Positions 1 through 9,649 are shown, counted from the first letter of the stretch. The stretch is 64,000 nucleotides of DNA from Candidatus Nanohaloarchaea archaeon (GCA_042218325.1 JBDGRE010000005.1:9055-73054), one strand, 5' to 3'. Numbers and translations: made by a program. The notes: generated by a model not told the origin, from the sequence alone.

Positions 1-444
1 GACAGGCTGAAACGTGAGCACCACATCGACTCCCGGGAAGCCCACGATGATGCAGAGGTCTCCGGGAAGGCCGAGCTCCCGGAAGAAGTAAAAATAGAAG
101 AAGGCGCCGAGATAAAGGCCGGTGCGGTCATCGAAGGTCGATGCTACATCGGGGAAGACGCGGTGATCGGCCCGAATACCACTGTCCGGGATTCCAGCAT
201 CACGGCCGGCTGCGAGCTGAGGAGCTGCGACATCGACTCCTGTCTGCTGTTTGAGGACACGTTCATCGATTCCTCGGTCTCGATGACCCGTTCAGTCGTC
301 GGCGAGGAGGTCGAGATAAGGCCAGGAACGGTCATCAGGGAGTCCTACATCGGGCCGCGAAGCTTCGTAGAGATGAACAACTCGGTGCGCGGCACCCAGT
401 TCGTACCCGACGCCCGGACCGACCTCGGCGAGATATTGAAGTGA
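1..444 (+). CDS. C-terminal fragment of a hexapeptide-repeat (left-handed beta-helix) sugar nucleotidyl/acetyltransferase; 5' end outside window
   Basis: Frame 1 is open from nt 1 to TGA 442-444. Hexapeptide-like periodicity (GAVIEGRCYIGEDAVIGPNTTVRDSSITAGCEL...) resembles the C-terminus of the 1350-2609 product. Confidence 0.6.
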   Translation, partial: DRLKREHHIDSREAHDDAEVSGKAELPEEVKIEEGAEIKAGAVIEGRCYIGEDAVIGPNTTVRDSSITAGCELRSCDIDSCLLFEDTFIDSSVSMTRSVVGEEVEIRPGTVIRESYIGPRSFVEMNNSVRGTQFVPDARTDLGEILK

Positions 445-448
445 TAGG

Positions 449-1297
449 ATGGAGATATGGTTCTTCACCGCGCTGGCCGCTGCAGCCTTCAGCGCGTCGA
501 AGTACGGCGTCCAGAAGCACCTGCTGGAGGACTACTCGTCGGTTGAGATAGGGTACCTCGGCAGCGTGCTGAGCTTCGTCTTCGTCCTCCCTGTCGGTGC
601 CTGGGCCTACCTGCAGCACGGCCTGCCTCTTGACCCGCTCGCCGTCGCAGGCGTGCTCATTTCCGGGGTCGGCAACGTGGTCGGCTTCTACATGTACCTT
701 GAAGCTCTCAGGATAGAGGACCTCTCCGTGGTATCGCCCCTGCGCCGGGTGACACCGGTGCTCGTCGCGTTCGTCGAGCCGCTCGTCTTCGGCCTCACCT
801 ACTCCGTCAACGTGGTGCTCGGCGCCCTGATGGCTGCGGCAGGAGGTTACGTCGTGCTGTCGGGCAGGCAGCTGCTAAGGGCTGTCAGGCCGAGCCGGGG
901 CGCCCTGATGGCCCTTTCGGTGTCGGTTATCTACGCGTTCAACGTGATCGCCGAGAGGTACGCGACGCAGGTCATCGACCCGCTGCTGTTCTCCGCTCTT
1001 GTCTGGGCAGTGATACTCGCAGGTTACGCGGTGCTGGCCCGGCACCACGGCGAGATCTCGCCCGCGAGCGAGTTCCTGAGGCCTGCGATAATCCTTGTGG
1101 GTCTTCTTACAGTGGCGGGTACGGTCTCGATGTTCTACAGCCTCTCCATCGCGGAGGCGTCCAGGGTCGCAACTGTCAAGCAGGCCGTTATCGTCTTCAA
1201 CGTGCTGATAGGAGGTCTCTACTTCGGCGAAGAAAACGTGCTGCAGAAGATAATCGGCTCCCTGATGATAATCTCGGGTATCGCGCTGGTTATCTAG
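449..1297 (+). CDS. EamA/DMT-superfamily membrane transporter
   Basis: 282-aa ORF with about ten hydrophobic helices in two similar halves. ATG lies 5 nt after the upstream stop, in a same-strand cluster with sugar-nucleotide genes. Confidence 0.6.
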   Translation: MEIWFFTALAAAAFSASKYGVQKHLLEDYSSVEIGYLGSVLSFVFVLPVGAWAYLQHGLPLDPLAVAGVLISGVGNVVGFYMYLEALRIEDLSVVSPLRRVTPVLVAFVEPLVFGLTYSVNVVLGALMAAAGGYVVLSGRQLLRAVRPSRGALMALSVSVIYAFNVIAERYATQVIDPLLFSALVWAVILAGYAVLARHHGEISPASEFLRPAIILVGLLTVAGTVSMFYSLSIAEASRVATVKQAVIVFNVLIGGLYFGEENVLQKIIGSLMIISGIALVI

Positions 1298-1349
1298 AGA
1301 CGGAGCCGGCACGGTAACTGCTAAAAAGGTTGCTCAAGCTCTCTTTACC

Positions 1350-2609
1350 ATGAAAGCAGTGATACTTGCCGCGGGGCAGTCCTCCCGCTTCAGGCCGCTC
1401 AGCGATAGAAGGCACAAGGGCCTCACCGAGGTTCTCGGAAAGCCGATAATACAGCACACCATAGAGGAGCTCCGGGAAGCGGGCGTCGACGAAATCATAG
1501 TAGTACAGGGCCCGGAGAGAAACATCGAGAACGAGCTAGGTGATCTGGCGGATACCTACGTGGTCCAGGAGGAGCCGAAGGGAATGGGCAACGCGCTTGA
1601 GCAGGCCCGCGAGCACCTATCAGGCAACTTCCTTGTCCTCACTCCGTACCGGGCGAACGCCTCCCAGTTCTTCGAATCGATGATACAGAGGGCGGAAGAG
1701 GAGGAAGATTCCGAGATTGTTTTCGTCTCGACACCGACCGACGAGCCTCAGAAGTACGGCATACTCGAATTCGATGATAGTGGTGAGAAAGCGGTCGACA
1801 TGGTGGAGAAACCCTCGGGTGAACCTCCAAGCGACCAGAAGGTCGTCGGGATGTACCTGCTGCACGAGAACTTCTTCGACCATCTCGACGAGGTGGAGGA
1901 GTGGGAGTACCAGTACGAGGATGCGCTCTCCCTCCAGATGCAGCAGAAACCGGCTTCAGTCCTCAAAATCGATGAGGAGACCAACTCCATAAAGTACCCC
2001 TGGGACCTTTTCTCCGTGGTCGAGGAGCTGATGGAGGAGCGCGACCAGGAAGTTTCCGGTGAGGCGGATATCGCCGACTCGGCGGAGATAAAGGGTGATG
2101 TAATCGTCGAGCCCGGCGCCAGAGTATACGAGAACGCGGTCGTGAAGGGGCCGGCGTACATCGGCCAGGACGCTACCGTGGGCAACAACGCGGTCGTGCG
2201 CGACCACGTTGCGCTCGAGGAAGATGTCACCGTCGGCGCGAACTGCGAGGTCAAGAACACGGTGTTCCAGCCGGGCAGCTCGATTCACTCCCAGTACATA
2301 GGCGACTCGGTCGTCGGCAGGGATACAAAGATCGGGGCGGGAACCATAGTGGCGAACCGCCGGTTCCGGGAAGACGGGAAAAGACCGCCTGTGGAGAGCG
2401 ACCTGATAGGCAAGGACTACTCGAAGGACACTGGGCGCGAGTTCCTCGGAACGTTCATAGGGGAGAACGTCGACATCGGTGTCAACGTCTCCATCATGCC
2501 TGGAGTGCAGGTAGGCAGCGACTCGAAGATAGGCCCGGGAACGGTGGTGCACGAAAAGGTGGAGCACGGAGAAACCGTTTACGTGGAGCAGGACGTGGAG
2601 AGAAAGTGA
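1350..2609 (+). CDS. Sugar-1-phosphate nucleotidyltransferase with C-terminal hexapeptide acetyltransferase domain (archaeal GlmU-like)
   Basis: N-terminal MKAVILAAGQSSRFRPLS nucleotidyltransferase signature. The C-terminal third is built of hexapeptide repeats (VGNNAVVRDHVALEEDVTVGANCEVKN...). Confidence 0.7.
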   Translation: MKAVILAAGQSSRFRPLSDRRHKGLTEVLGKPIIQHTIEELREAGVDEIIVVQGPERNIENELGDLADTYVVQEEPKGMGNALEQAREHLSGNFLVLTPYRANASQFFESMIQRAEEEEDSEIVFVSTPTDEPQKYGILEFDDSGEKAVDMVEKPSGEPPSDQKVVGMYLLHENFFDHLDEVEEWEYQYEDALSLQMQQKPASVLKIDEETNSIKYPWDLFSVVEELMEERDQEVSGEADIADSAEIKGDVIVEPGARVYENAVVKGPAYIGQDATVGNNAVVRDHVALEEDVTVGANCEVKNTVFQPGSSIHSQYIGDSVVGRDTKIGAGTIVANRRFREDGKRPPVESDLIGKDYSKDTGREFLGTFIGENVDIGVNVSIMPGVQVGSDSKIGPGTVVHEKVEHGETVYVEQDVERK

Positions 2610-3100
2610 TAGTAGGAATCGACTTCGACCGGGTGCTGTTCGACACCGACGCGTTCGACCGGGAGCTGAAGGAGAGCGTGGAAGGTATGCACCACACCGA
2701 GGAGGAACCCTACGACGAGAACGGCAACTACAGCCCGGAGATACACGCCGAGATACTCGGGATAGACGCGGACAGCATCTACGATGCGGCGGCGGAGATA
2801 GCCAGCAGTTTCCTGTACCCCGATGCAGCCAGGCTGGAGCAGGTGCCGTGCGAGGTCGTTATCGTGACGCGCGGCGAGGAAAAGTTCCAGCGTATCAAGG
2901 TCGAGAACTCGGGTGTGCTCGGTTACGTCGACAGCTACATAGTTATAGAGGACGGCGACAAGGAGCTGGAAGAACTCGACATGCTCGTGGATGACCGCGA
3001 GGAGGAGCTGGACGGCGCGGAGATCCCGACCTTCCTGTTCGACCGGAAGGAAAACGATATGGAAGATATAGTTGAATGGGTGGAGCAGCGTGAAGCCTGA
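2606..3100 (+). CDS. HAD-like fold protein (weak assignment)
   Basis: IVGIDFDRVLFDT resembles HAD motif I (DxD). GTG start overlaps the upstream TGA (GTGA coupling). Acidic 164-aa product. Confidence 0.4.
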   Translation: MIVGIDFDRVLFDTDAFDRELKESVEGMHHTEEEPYDENGNYSPEIHAEILGIDADSIYDAAAEIASSFLYPDAARLEQVPCEVVIVTRGEEKFQRIKVENSGVLGYVDSYIVIEDGDKELEELDMLVDDREEELDGAEIPTFLFDRKENDMEDIVEWVEQREA

Positions 3101-4424
3101 GAAAGTATTCAAGCGTTACGACATCCGGGGTGACTACCCGGAAGAGCTCGACGAAGAGTTCGCGGAGCGGCTGGGAAAGGCGCTCGGAACGTTCACGAAA
3201 AGGAACCACGGCGACCAGGTCGTCGTCGGCCGCGACAACAAAGAGACCTCGGAGGGACTGAAGGGATCCTTCATCGAGGGACTTGTCTCGGTCGGCGTCA
3301 ACGTGCTGGATGTCGGTGTCGGCCCCACGGATTACGTGGCTTTCACAGGTATGGAAAGCGACGCGGTGTCAGTCCAGGTCACCTCCTCGCATCTTCCTCT
3401 GGACACCAACGGCTTCAAGTTCATGTACCCGGAGGGCAACGGATTCCTGAACCCCGACCTCTACGAGGTCCAGGACATGTTCCGCGAGAAAGATTTCGAT
3501 TTAAACGGTAGCGCTGCGGCAGGAACTGACTACATCGGCGAGGGCGCCCGGCAGGCCTACCTGGCGTCGATAAAGCAGTACTTCCGGAAGCACTTCGACA
3601 CCATCGACAGGAAGGTCGTCGTCGATACGCTCGGCGGCGCATCCACAGGTTACCTTCCCCCGCTTCTGCAGGAGCTCGGCGCCGAAACCGTCAACATAGC
3701 GGAGGAGAAAGGTGAAGAAGGGCCTTACCTCGACCCGCCGAACCCGAGGCCGGAGCAGCTCGAGTACCTTGAGGAACGGGTGGAAAAGGAGGACGCGGAT
3801 ATAGCGGTCGCGAACGACATGGACGCCGATCGAGTTGCGGTGTACTTCGACAGTGGGTGGATATCCGGCGACCACCTCTTCGCTCTGCTCGCAGACCTGC
3901 TCAAGCCGGAAAAGGTCGTGGCGTCTATAGACACCTCGAAGTCTGTGGAAGAACTTGTGGAGGCAGGAGGCGGCAAGACGCACTACATCCGAGTGGGTGA
4001 CCCCTTCGTCATCGACCGCGCCATAGAGGTAGAGGCGGAGCTGGCAGGGGAGCCCAACGGTCATTACTGCTTCCCCGGGTTCGTCCCATACAACTCGGGA
4101 ACTCTCGCCGCGCTACTGTTCGCCGCGATGGACATCGAGACCGGGCTCGAAAACGTGCCCGACTACTACACGGGGCGCACCAACATCGAGGTCGCGGACA
4201 GCGACGAGAAGGATGAACGGATGGAGAGAATCGAGCAGAGAGTAAGGAGCGATTACCGGCTGATGTCCGACCTCGACGGCGTCAAGTTCGAGATCGGAGA
4301 GGGAAACGTCCTGGTACGTCCATCCGGATCCTCGCCGATTATCCGTGTCATCGCCGAGGCCCGCAGCGAGGAGGAGGCTGAACGCATCTGCGAGGAAGCG
4401 GAGCAGCTGGTCCGCAACCCATAA
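3072..4424 (+). CDS. Phosphohexomutase (phosphoglucosamine mutase / phosphomannomutase family)
   Basis: Active-site Ser loop VTSSHLPLDTNGFKF, metal loop ANDMDADR and sugar loop GEPNGHY. The start could also be the in-frame GTG at 3090. Confidence 0.8.
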   Translation: MNGWSSVKPEKVFKRYDIRGDYPEELDEEFAERLGKALGTFTKRNHGDQVVVGRDNKETSEGLKGSFIEGLVSVGVNVLDVGVGPTDYVAFTGMESDAVSVQVTSSHLPLDTNGFKFMYPEGNGFLNPDLYEVQDMFREKDFDLNGSAAAGTDYIGEGARQAYLASIKQYFRKHFDTIDRKVVVDTLGGASTGYLPPLLQELGAETVNIAEEKGEEGPYLDPPNPRPEQLEYLEERVEKEDADIAVANDMDADRVAVYFDSGWISGDHLFALLADLLKPEKVVASIDTSKSVEELVEAGGGKTHYIRVGDPFVIDRAIEVEAELAGEPNGHYCFPGFVPYNSGTLAALLFAAMDIETGLENVPDYYTGRTNIEVADSDEKDERMERIEQRVRSDYRLMSDLDGVKFEIGEGNVLVRPSGSSPIIRVIAEARSEEEAERICEEAEQLVRNP

Positions 4425-4449
4425 AACTCCGCCCCGCCAATTTTGAGGC

Positions 4450-4665
4450 ATGAGCGAGACACTTTTCCATTTCGAGGAAGGACCGTACGAGATACTTGAC
4501 TACGAGATAAAGACCCACGACGGCAAGGTCGTTATCGAGGTTAACGGCGGCGACCTCGGGAGGCTGCCCATCGAGAACATGGAGACCGTCCGCCAGTTGA
4601 GAGAGGCGCTGCTCGAGGTCGAGGCCCACTTCAAGGAAGTGCAGAGAAGGAGTGAAGAGCTGTAG
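4450..4665 (+). CDS. Hypothetical small acidic protein
   Basis: 71-aa ORF with host-like D/E-rich composition. No recognisable motif. Confidence 0.4.
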   Translation: MSETLFHFEEGPYEILDYEIKTHDGKVVIEVNGGDLGRLPIENMETVRQLREALLEVEAHFKEVQRRSEEL

Positions 4666-4729
4666 AAGTTGTTCTGGACTCACAGGTTTGAGATATATGT
4701 AACTTGAGAATGACAACCGAGATCTGGAA

Positions 4730-5359
4730 GTGGAAAGGGGAACTACTCGGTTGTTCATGAAGTCCTGTCAGGTGAGGACGAATACAGTCCGGAGGAGGTA
4801 CTGGGGGGAGGTAGGAGAGCTCCTGGACAGCCGTATCAAGGATATGCTGGAGTCGTCAGATGCAACTGTGACAGGATATCTTGATGCCGTTTTCCCTGGA
4901 GCAGGTGAACCGCGTTATGATCCTGCTCTTTCCTATCAACCTCCAGGGTTCATCGATGAGGTTGAAGTGGACGATGTTAACGGTTTCTTCAGGGTCCGCG
5001 AGAATGAAAGTGTGCATCGTTACTGGATTCCATATGTCGAGGATGAGACCGTTTGCGTATTCACTGACTACTTCGTATCCGGTTCAGATCCCCTGGAGGG
5101 AGTCAGATTCCCGTTTGATGGAGATATGGAACATGTGCCGGAGGTATCCGGGAACCCCCAGTTGAAACATCATGTTGCAAGGATGTACGAGGCTATCGAA
5201 GATTATGTAGCGGAGGAGTGGGGATTATCTTTTTTCGGGCAGGAGGTTACACCTCCCGGACACGAGTTCAGCGTTGATATCTCTTCTGTGGAGGATGAGT
5301 TCTTTGAGATGCGAGAATCCGACCCTGAGCTTTTCGAGCAAACAGCTGACAAGATATAG
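4730..5359 (+). CDS. Hypothetical acidic protein (ORFan); frame stays open 58 codons beyond its TAG
   Basis: 209-aa ORF (GTG 4730, alternative ATG 4757) in a stretch that looks lower in GC than its flanks. TAG at 5357-5359 is followed by an open in-frame extension to TGA 5534-5536. Confidence 0.45.
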   Translation: MERGTTRLFMKSCQVRTNTVRRRYWGEVGELLDSRIKDMLESSDATVTGYLDAVFPGAGEPRYDPALSYQPPGFIDEVEVDDVNGFFRVRENESVHRYWIPYVEDETVCVFTDYFVSGSDPLEGVRFPFDGDMEHVPEVSGNPQLKHHVARMYEAIEDYVAEEWGLSFFGQEVTPPGHEFSVDISSVEDEFFEMRESDPELFEQTADKI

Positions 5360-5525
5360 AGGATAGCAGTTGACCCGATAGAGCAGAGTGAGAAGATCAT
5401 AGCCGGTGAGAGAGTCTACAGGATTAACAGGGAGTACCATATAACTGGCAATATAGTCAGCGGTCAGAAGAAAAAGGTGAAGTTGAGGCGGCTGGGCCAC
5501 AGGAAAGACGTTTACTCGGAAGAGG

Positions 5526-5948
5526 TTGACCACTGAAACCGGTGATGAATTTAAAGATTTGCAGGTATTAGATCCTATTAGCGACGATACTCTAGAACTG
5601 GCCCAGCACCCCGACACCGTCTACACTGCGGAGATGAGAGGTGAAGGGGCTGGAGCGTGGCACAGAATCGTCGTTTCACCTCCTGATGAGCGAGATTACC
5701 TCCTGCCTCCGCGCACAGACGTAGAAAAGATATCAGAGTTCCACGATTACAATGCTTTTGACTGGGGATACAAGGGGTCAGGAGCCTGTCTGACTGCTGG
5801 CTCTCTCGTTGCCGATGCCTATCAGGACAGGGAAGCCGCACGTCAAAACATGGGCAGGTTAGTTGACCGGTACGTTTCTCGCGTTGAATCAGGTGAAGGG
5901 TGGACCGTCACCGCAGGAGAGATACATGAGCTGCTGACCGGGGAGTAA
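5526..5948 (+). CDS. Hypothetical protein with FDWGYKGSG motif
   Basis: 140-aa ORF with TTG start. The motif NAFDWGYKGSGACLTAGSL resembles the W-G-Y-x-G-S-G core seen in small proteins of mobile elements (from memory, unverified). Confidence 0.4.
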   Translation: MTTETGDEFKDLQVLDPISDDTLELAQHPDTVYTAEMRGEGAGAWHRIVVSPPDERDYLLPPRTDVEKISEFHDYNAFDWGYKGSGACLTAGSLVADAYQDREAARQNMGRLVDRYVSRVESGEGWTVTAGEIHELLTGE

Positions 5949-6002
5949 TATATCCTTCTTGGTAAAAGAAAGAAGAGGGAAAATTGGAGGCTTCGAGACG
6001 GT

Positions 6003-6170
6003 TTAAACGTCTCTTGCCTTTACGGTTCTGCGTCCGTTAGCTTCTGCTCTGTCGACAGCTGCGTCGATAAGCCTCTTCACTTCGTCGTCGAGAGCGTCGT
6101 AGAAGTCGCTTCCGACGTTGACGCCGGATGCGGCGTCACGGACGCCTGATTTCTTCAGAACGTCTACCAT
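6003..6170 (-). CDS. Small histone-fold-like protein (DUF1931-like)
   Basis: 55-aa ORF, below the track cutoff: MVDVLKKSGVRDAASGVNVGSDFYDALDDEVKRLIDAAVDRAEANGRRTVKARDV. It resembles the conserved archaeal DUF1931 family. A TATA-like box lies about 30-40 nt upstream. Confidence 0.55.
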   Translation of the reverse strand: MVDVLKKSGVRDAASGVNVGSDFYDALDDEVKRLIDAAVDRAEANGRRTVKARDV

Positions 6171-6200
6171 GTTGAGTCACCAAGGAAACATTGTAAGGCC

Positions 6201-6212
6201 CCTTTTTTATAG
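6201..6212 (-). promoter_or_regulatory. TATA-like box (CTATAAAAAAGG on minus strand) upstream of the 6003-6170 gene
   Basis: A/T-rich box 31-42 nt upstream of the ATG at 6170, at a spacing typical of archaeal short-leader transcripts. Confidence 0.35.
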
Positions 6213-6305
6213 GTAACGACCCTCCGGGCTTTAAACCGGACTATCGCGGTCTATACTCCCGGTTCTGTTATTTCGAGGCGATGAAAAACAAACCTTAAAT
6301 ACCCC

Positions 6306-7142
6306 TTAATCCTGCTTCTTGCGTTCTCTCCACAGGTTTCGGCCCTTATAAATCGTTCCTCCAAGGAGGAGGAACGGGAGCAGGTATCCGATGCCCACTA
6401 TCATCAGGTCCAGGCTCTGGAAGATCCCGCGGTAGGCCTGCCTGAAGGACTCCCTGAGCTCGAACTCGTGTGTCAGCGGCTGCGGCTCCTCGTAGCTTAT
6501 GCTTACCGTGGTGTACTCTACGCGCCTGTCGAGCTGCTCCAGCTGGTTCTCGAGGAACTGTATCCGTGACCTGACCTCCGACATCCTTTCCTGTATATTG
6601 ATGGTGTTTTCCACTGAGTCGCTCCTGTTCATCAGTTCTTCGAGTCTTTTCAGCTCCTGGCGCTTGTTCTTGAGTTCAAGTTCCAGCTCGGTGTATCTTT
6701 CTGTGACGTCCTCGATGTCCTTCCGGCTGGATTCGACCGTGTAGAGGCCCTTGATGTCCTCCACGAAAGCTGTGGCGTTCTCCTCGGGTATCTTGAGTTC
6801 GAGGTTTCCGCTCAGGCCGTCGTCCCGGTCGAAAGAGCTGCTGGTTGAGTATCCCCCGTGATCTTCTGCGAGTCGCTCCGTCCTGTCCATGGCGTCTGCC
6901 ACATCAGCGACCTCGAGGTCTATACTGTACCTAATGGCTCTTTTTCTTTCCGTGGACTTGGTTTCTCCGCTGCTTGCACCCAGTGCGAGAGAATCTGGCG
7001 CTGCTTGCTTCCTGACCTGTGGTTCAGCGCCGCTGCTCATGCCCTGCGAGAGTAGCTGGGCCATCCCGCCGGTGATCATCACCAGTCCGACGAACGCCAC
7101 GGCCAAAAGGTACTTCCGGTTAAGACGTTTTAGCTGCTCCAT
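6306..7142 (-). CDS. DUF4349-like membrane-anchored coiled-coil protein
   Basis: N-terminal TM helix, a central coiled coil (ELELELKNKRQELKRLEELM) and a C-terminal TM. Start taken at the internal Met (MEQLKRLN) rather than 7205. Confidence 0.5.
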   Translation of the reverse strand: MEQLKRLNRKYLLAVAFVGLVMITGGMAQLLSQGMSSGAEPQVRKQAAPDSLALGASSGETKSTERKRAIRYSIDLEVADVADAMDRTERLAEDHGGYSTSSSFDRDDGLSGNLELKIPEENATAFVEDIKGLYTVESSRKDIEDVTERYTELELELKNKRQELKRLEELMNRSDSVENTINIQERMSEVRSRIQFLENQLEQLDRRVEYTTVSISYEEPQPLTHEFELRESFRQAYRGIFQSLDLMIVGIGYLLPFLLLGGTIYKGRNLWRERKKQD

Positions 7143-7222
7143 AGGCCAGTGTTGGCCGGCCCCGGTTTTAAAGCAGTGGTTTCTGTTCGGTTTCGGTCGA
7201 ACCACGCTGGCAAGGTAAATAA

Positions 7223-7783
7223 ATGTGGCACGAGCGTTTTGAATATATGGACCTTGACTTCAAGACCGTCCGTGCACTTTCGTCCCCGACCCGGATAAAG
7301 ATACTTAACGAGGTCCTGGAGAACGAGTCCACACCGACTTCCCTGAGCGATGAGCTCGACAGGAGCAAGTCGACGATTTCCTCTCACCTCGATACGCTTC
7401 TTGAGGCCGGACTGGTGGAGAAGGATTCCGAGGAGGGCAGGAGGCGCGTGGTTTACAACCCGACCAGGAAGGCCCGCACCATAGTCGAGGGCAAGGAGAG
7501 AAAGGTCAAGTTCAGCGTCACTTCCTCCATAGTGTCCGGTATCGCAGGCGTAGCGATGCTCGGTTACAGCCAGGTGGGTTTCGCGAAGAGCTCCGCTGCC
7601 GACGGGGCGCAGGCAGGGGCCATGATGCTTTCACAGGAGGCTAACAGCGCGTCGACCATGATATCTCAGAACGGTGCGCCGGTCGACCCTGCTACCGCGG
7701 TGCTTGCGGTAAGCCTGTTCTTCCTTGGCGTGTCTGTTTCAGGACTGGCCTACGGTTTCTTCCTGAACAGGCTCGGTTCCTAA
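7223..7783 (+). CDS. ArsR-type winged-helix regulator with C-terminal transmembrane segment
   Basis: LSSPTRIKILNEVL...TSLSDELDRSKSTISSHLDTLLEAGLV is an HTH motif. The C-terminus carries hydrophobic helices. Confidence 0.6.
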   Translation: MWHERFEYMDLDFKTVRALSSPTRIKILNEVLENESTPTSLSDELDRSKSTISSHLDTLLEAGLVEKDSEEGRRRVVYNPTRKARTIVEGKERKVKFSVTSSIVSGIAGVAMLGYSQVGFAKSSAADGAQAGAMMLSQEANSASTMISQNGAPVDPATAVLAVSLFFLGVSVSGLAYGFFLNRLGS

Positions 7784-7852
7784 GGTATTAAACATTAGGA
7801 GAAAAACCTTTCCCAAGAAACTTCACGCATCACAAGTATCCTGTGACACGAA

Positions 7853-8293
7853 ATGCCATCATGTGAACTCTGTGGAACCGACGAAGATTCTCTGACAAAG
7901 GTCAAAATCGAGGGAGCGAGGATGAATGTCTGTGACTCCTGCACCGAGATGGGCGAGGAAGTGAAGACCGGGAAGAAAAAGAAACAGAGGAAGAGGAAAT
8001 CGAGCCCGCGGACGCGCCAGGTCCTGGTCGACGACTACGGCGACCGCATAAAGGAAGCGCGCGAGTCAGAGGGCATATCCATCAAGGAGCTGGCGGACGA
8101 GCTGAACGAGAAATCTTCGCTCCTATCGAAGGTGGAGCGTGGTGACCTGAAGCCGGATAACTCCCTCGCGGGAAAGCTCGCGGACCGGCTCGAAGTAAAG
8201 CTTTACACCAACCCGGCTGTCAACGACTACAGCCAGGAAGGAGGCGTTGACTCCCGTAAGGCGACCGTAGGCGACGTGGCGGACATGGACTAG
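7853..8293 (+). CDS. Archaeal MBF1-type transcription cofactor (Zn ribbon + Cro/C1 HTH)
   Basis: N-terminal CxxC...CxxC ribbon (CELCG...CDSC), a basic linker and the HTH ISIKELADELNEKSSLLSKVERG. Confidence 0.7.
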   Translation: MPSCELCGTDEDSLTKVKIEGARMNVCDSCTEMGEEVKTGKKKKQRKRKSSPRTRQVLVDDYGDRIKEARESEGISIKELADELNEKSSLLSKVERGDLKPDNSLAGKLADRLEVKLYTNPAVNDYSQEGGVDSRKATVGDVADMD

Positions 8294-8757
8294 AGTTTCA
8301 GTTCCCGGTCAAGCAGCAGGTGGGAGAAGAGGCCGGTGCCCAGTGCAAGGCCTGGGATGGCTGAACCGGCCGCGTAGACCCCGGTCACAGCCATAGCGGC
8401 AGTGACTGCGAGACAGAAGCTGATCGAGTGGGTCACGCCACGGTGCCGGAGTTTCACCGCGGCTATCGCGGAGTAGATTAGGAGGACGGCTATTACCGCC
8501 AGGACGAACCTGTAGCGGTAATCGACCGGGGCAAACAACAGGACTGATATCCCGGCTGATATGCTCGTGAACGCCTTCGCGGACCTGTGGACGTATGATT
8601 TCCGGTGGTCGATGTCCGGGAGCACCGAACCCACGAAGACCGCGGCGACCGCCGCCACCATCATGGCTGGTGTCGTGAAAAACCAGCTGGAAAGGAAATA
8701 GTAGGACACGGCAGCGAAGAGGAACCCGAAGAGCACGTGTTCACTGAAATCACCCAT
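8290..8757 (-). CDS. Membrane-bound metal-dependent hydrolase (YdjM/DUF457-like)
   Basis: 155-aa polytopic protein with the LPDIDH motif. Confidence 0.5.
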   Translation of the reverse strand: MGDFSEHVLFGFLFAAVSYYFLSSWFFTTPAMMVAAVAAVFVGSVLPDIDHRKSYVHRSAKAFTSISAGISVLLFAPVDYRYRFVLAVIAVLLIYSAIAAVKLRHRGVTHSISFCLAVTAAMAVTGVYAAGSAIPGLALGTGLFSHLLLDRELKL

Positions 8758-8782
8758 ATCTATTTCACGGCGTTAGCCTTGC

Positions 8783-9649
8783 TTAAGCTTTGCCGTTGCA
8801 TACCGCCCTGAGCCCGTGTATAACCGCCTCTTCTCCAAGTGCGCAGGTTTCGATATCCGGGGCCGTGTTCACAGATCTCTCCTCCACGCCACGTTCCAGG
8901 GGCTCTACCACGACTCCTGGATGGTTCAGGGCGACGGCACCGCCGAAGACTATCTTGCCGGGGTTGTAAAGGTCTACTATGTCGGCCACGGCCTGCGCGT
9001 TCAGCTCCTGCATCCTTTCTATCGCTTCCTGCGCATTTCTCTCGCCGGAGCCGTTCTCCCTGAACAGTTCCCGTGCATCCTCGAACTTTTTGCCCGAGAC
9101 CCTCTCCGCAAGTCCTGGAAGCGAGTTACCGGAGCAGTAGGCCTCCCAGTGGTCGGTCCCTCCACAACCGCACTCGACGCCCTCGTCCGCGATTTTCATG
9201 TGGCCGACCTCGCCGAAGTTGCCATCCGCGCCCTCCACGATTTCGCCGTCGACTATCATCCCGGCTCCTATACCGCTTGAGATGGTGATGTAGAGCAGGT
9301 TCTCGGAGTCATGCCCGCCGTAGTGGTACTCGCCGAGGACCGCGGAGGCGCAGTCGTTTATGATATCCACATCGCCGAACTCCTCCAGCGGCCGCTTTAT
9401 CTGTACCTCGTCCATGTCATCGATATTCGGTGGCCTGAATACCCCCTTCTCGCGGTCGATGGGCCCGGCAGCCGCGACCGCGACCCGATCTATCTCCTTT
9501 ATCTTCTCGCTCGAGAAAGTCTGCTCCAGGCAGTAACCTATGTCGTCGAGGAATTCCCTGCTCTTCACCTTCTTGACGACCTCGAAATCGCCGTTACCGA
9601 CACCTATCAACGTGTTTGTACCCCCGATGTCGACGCACAGGAAGGCCAT
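8783..9649 (-). CDS. ROK-family sugar kinase (glucokinase-like)
   Basis: CVDIGGTN ATP-binding start and the ROK zinc motif CGCGGTDHWEAYCSG. Start set at the internal ATG (MAFLCVDIGG). Confidence 0.7.
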   Translation of the reverse strand: MAFLCVDIGGTNTLIGVGNGDFEVVKKVKSREFLDDIGYCLEQTFSSEKIKEIDRVAVAAAGPIDREKGVFRPPNIDDMDEVQIKRPLEEFGDVDIINDCASAVLGEYHYGGHDSENLLYITISSGIGAGMIVDGEIVEGADGNFGEVGHMKIADEGVECGCGGTDHWEAYCSGNSLPGLAERVSGKKFEDARELFRENGSGERNAQEAIERMQELNAQAVADIVDLYNPGKIVFGGAVALNHPGVVVEPLERGVEERSVNTAPDIETCALGEEAVIHGLRAVCNGKA

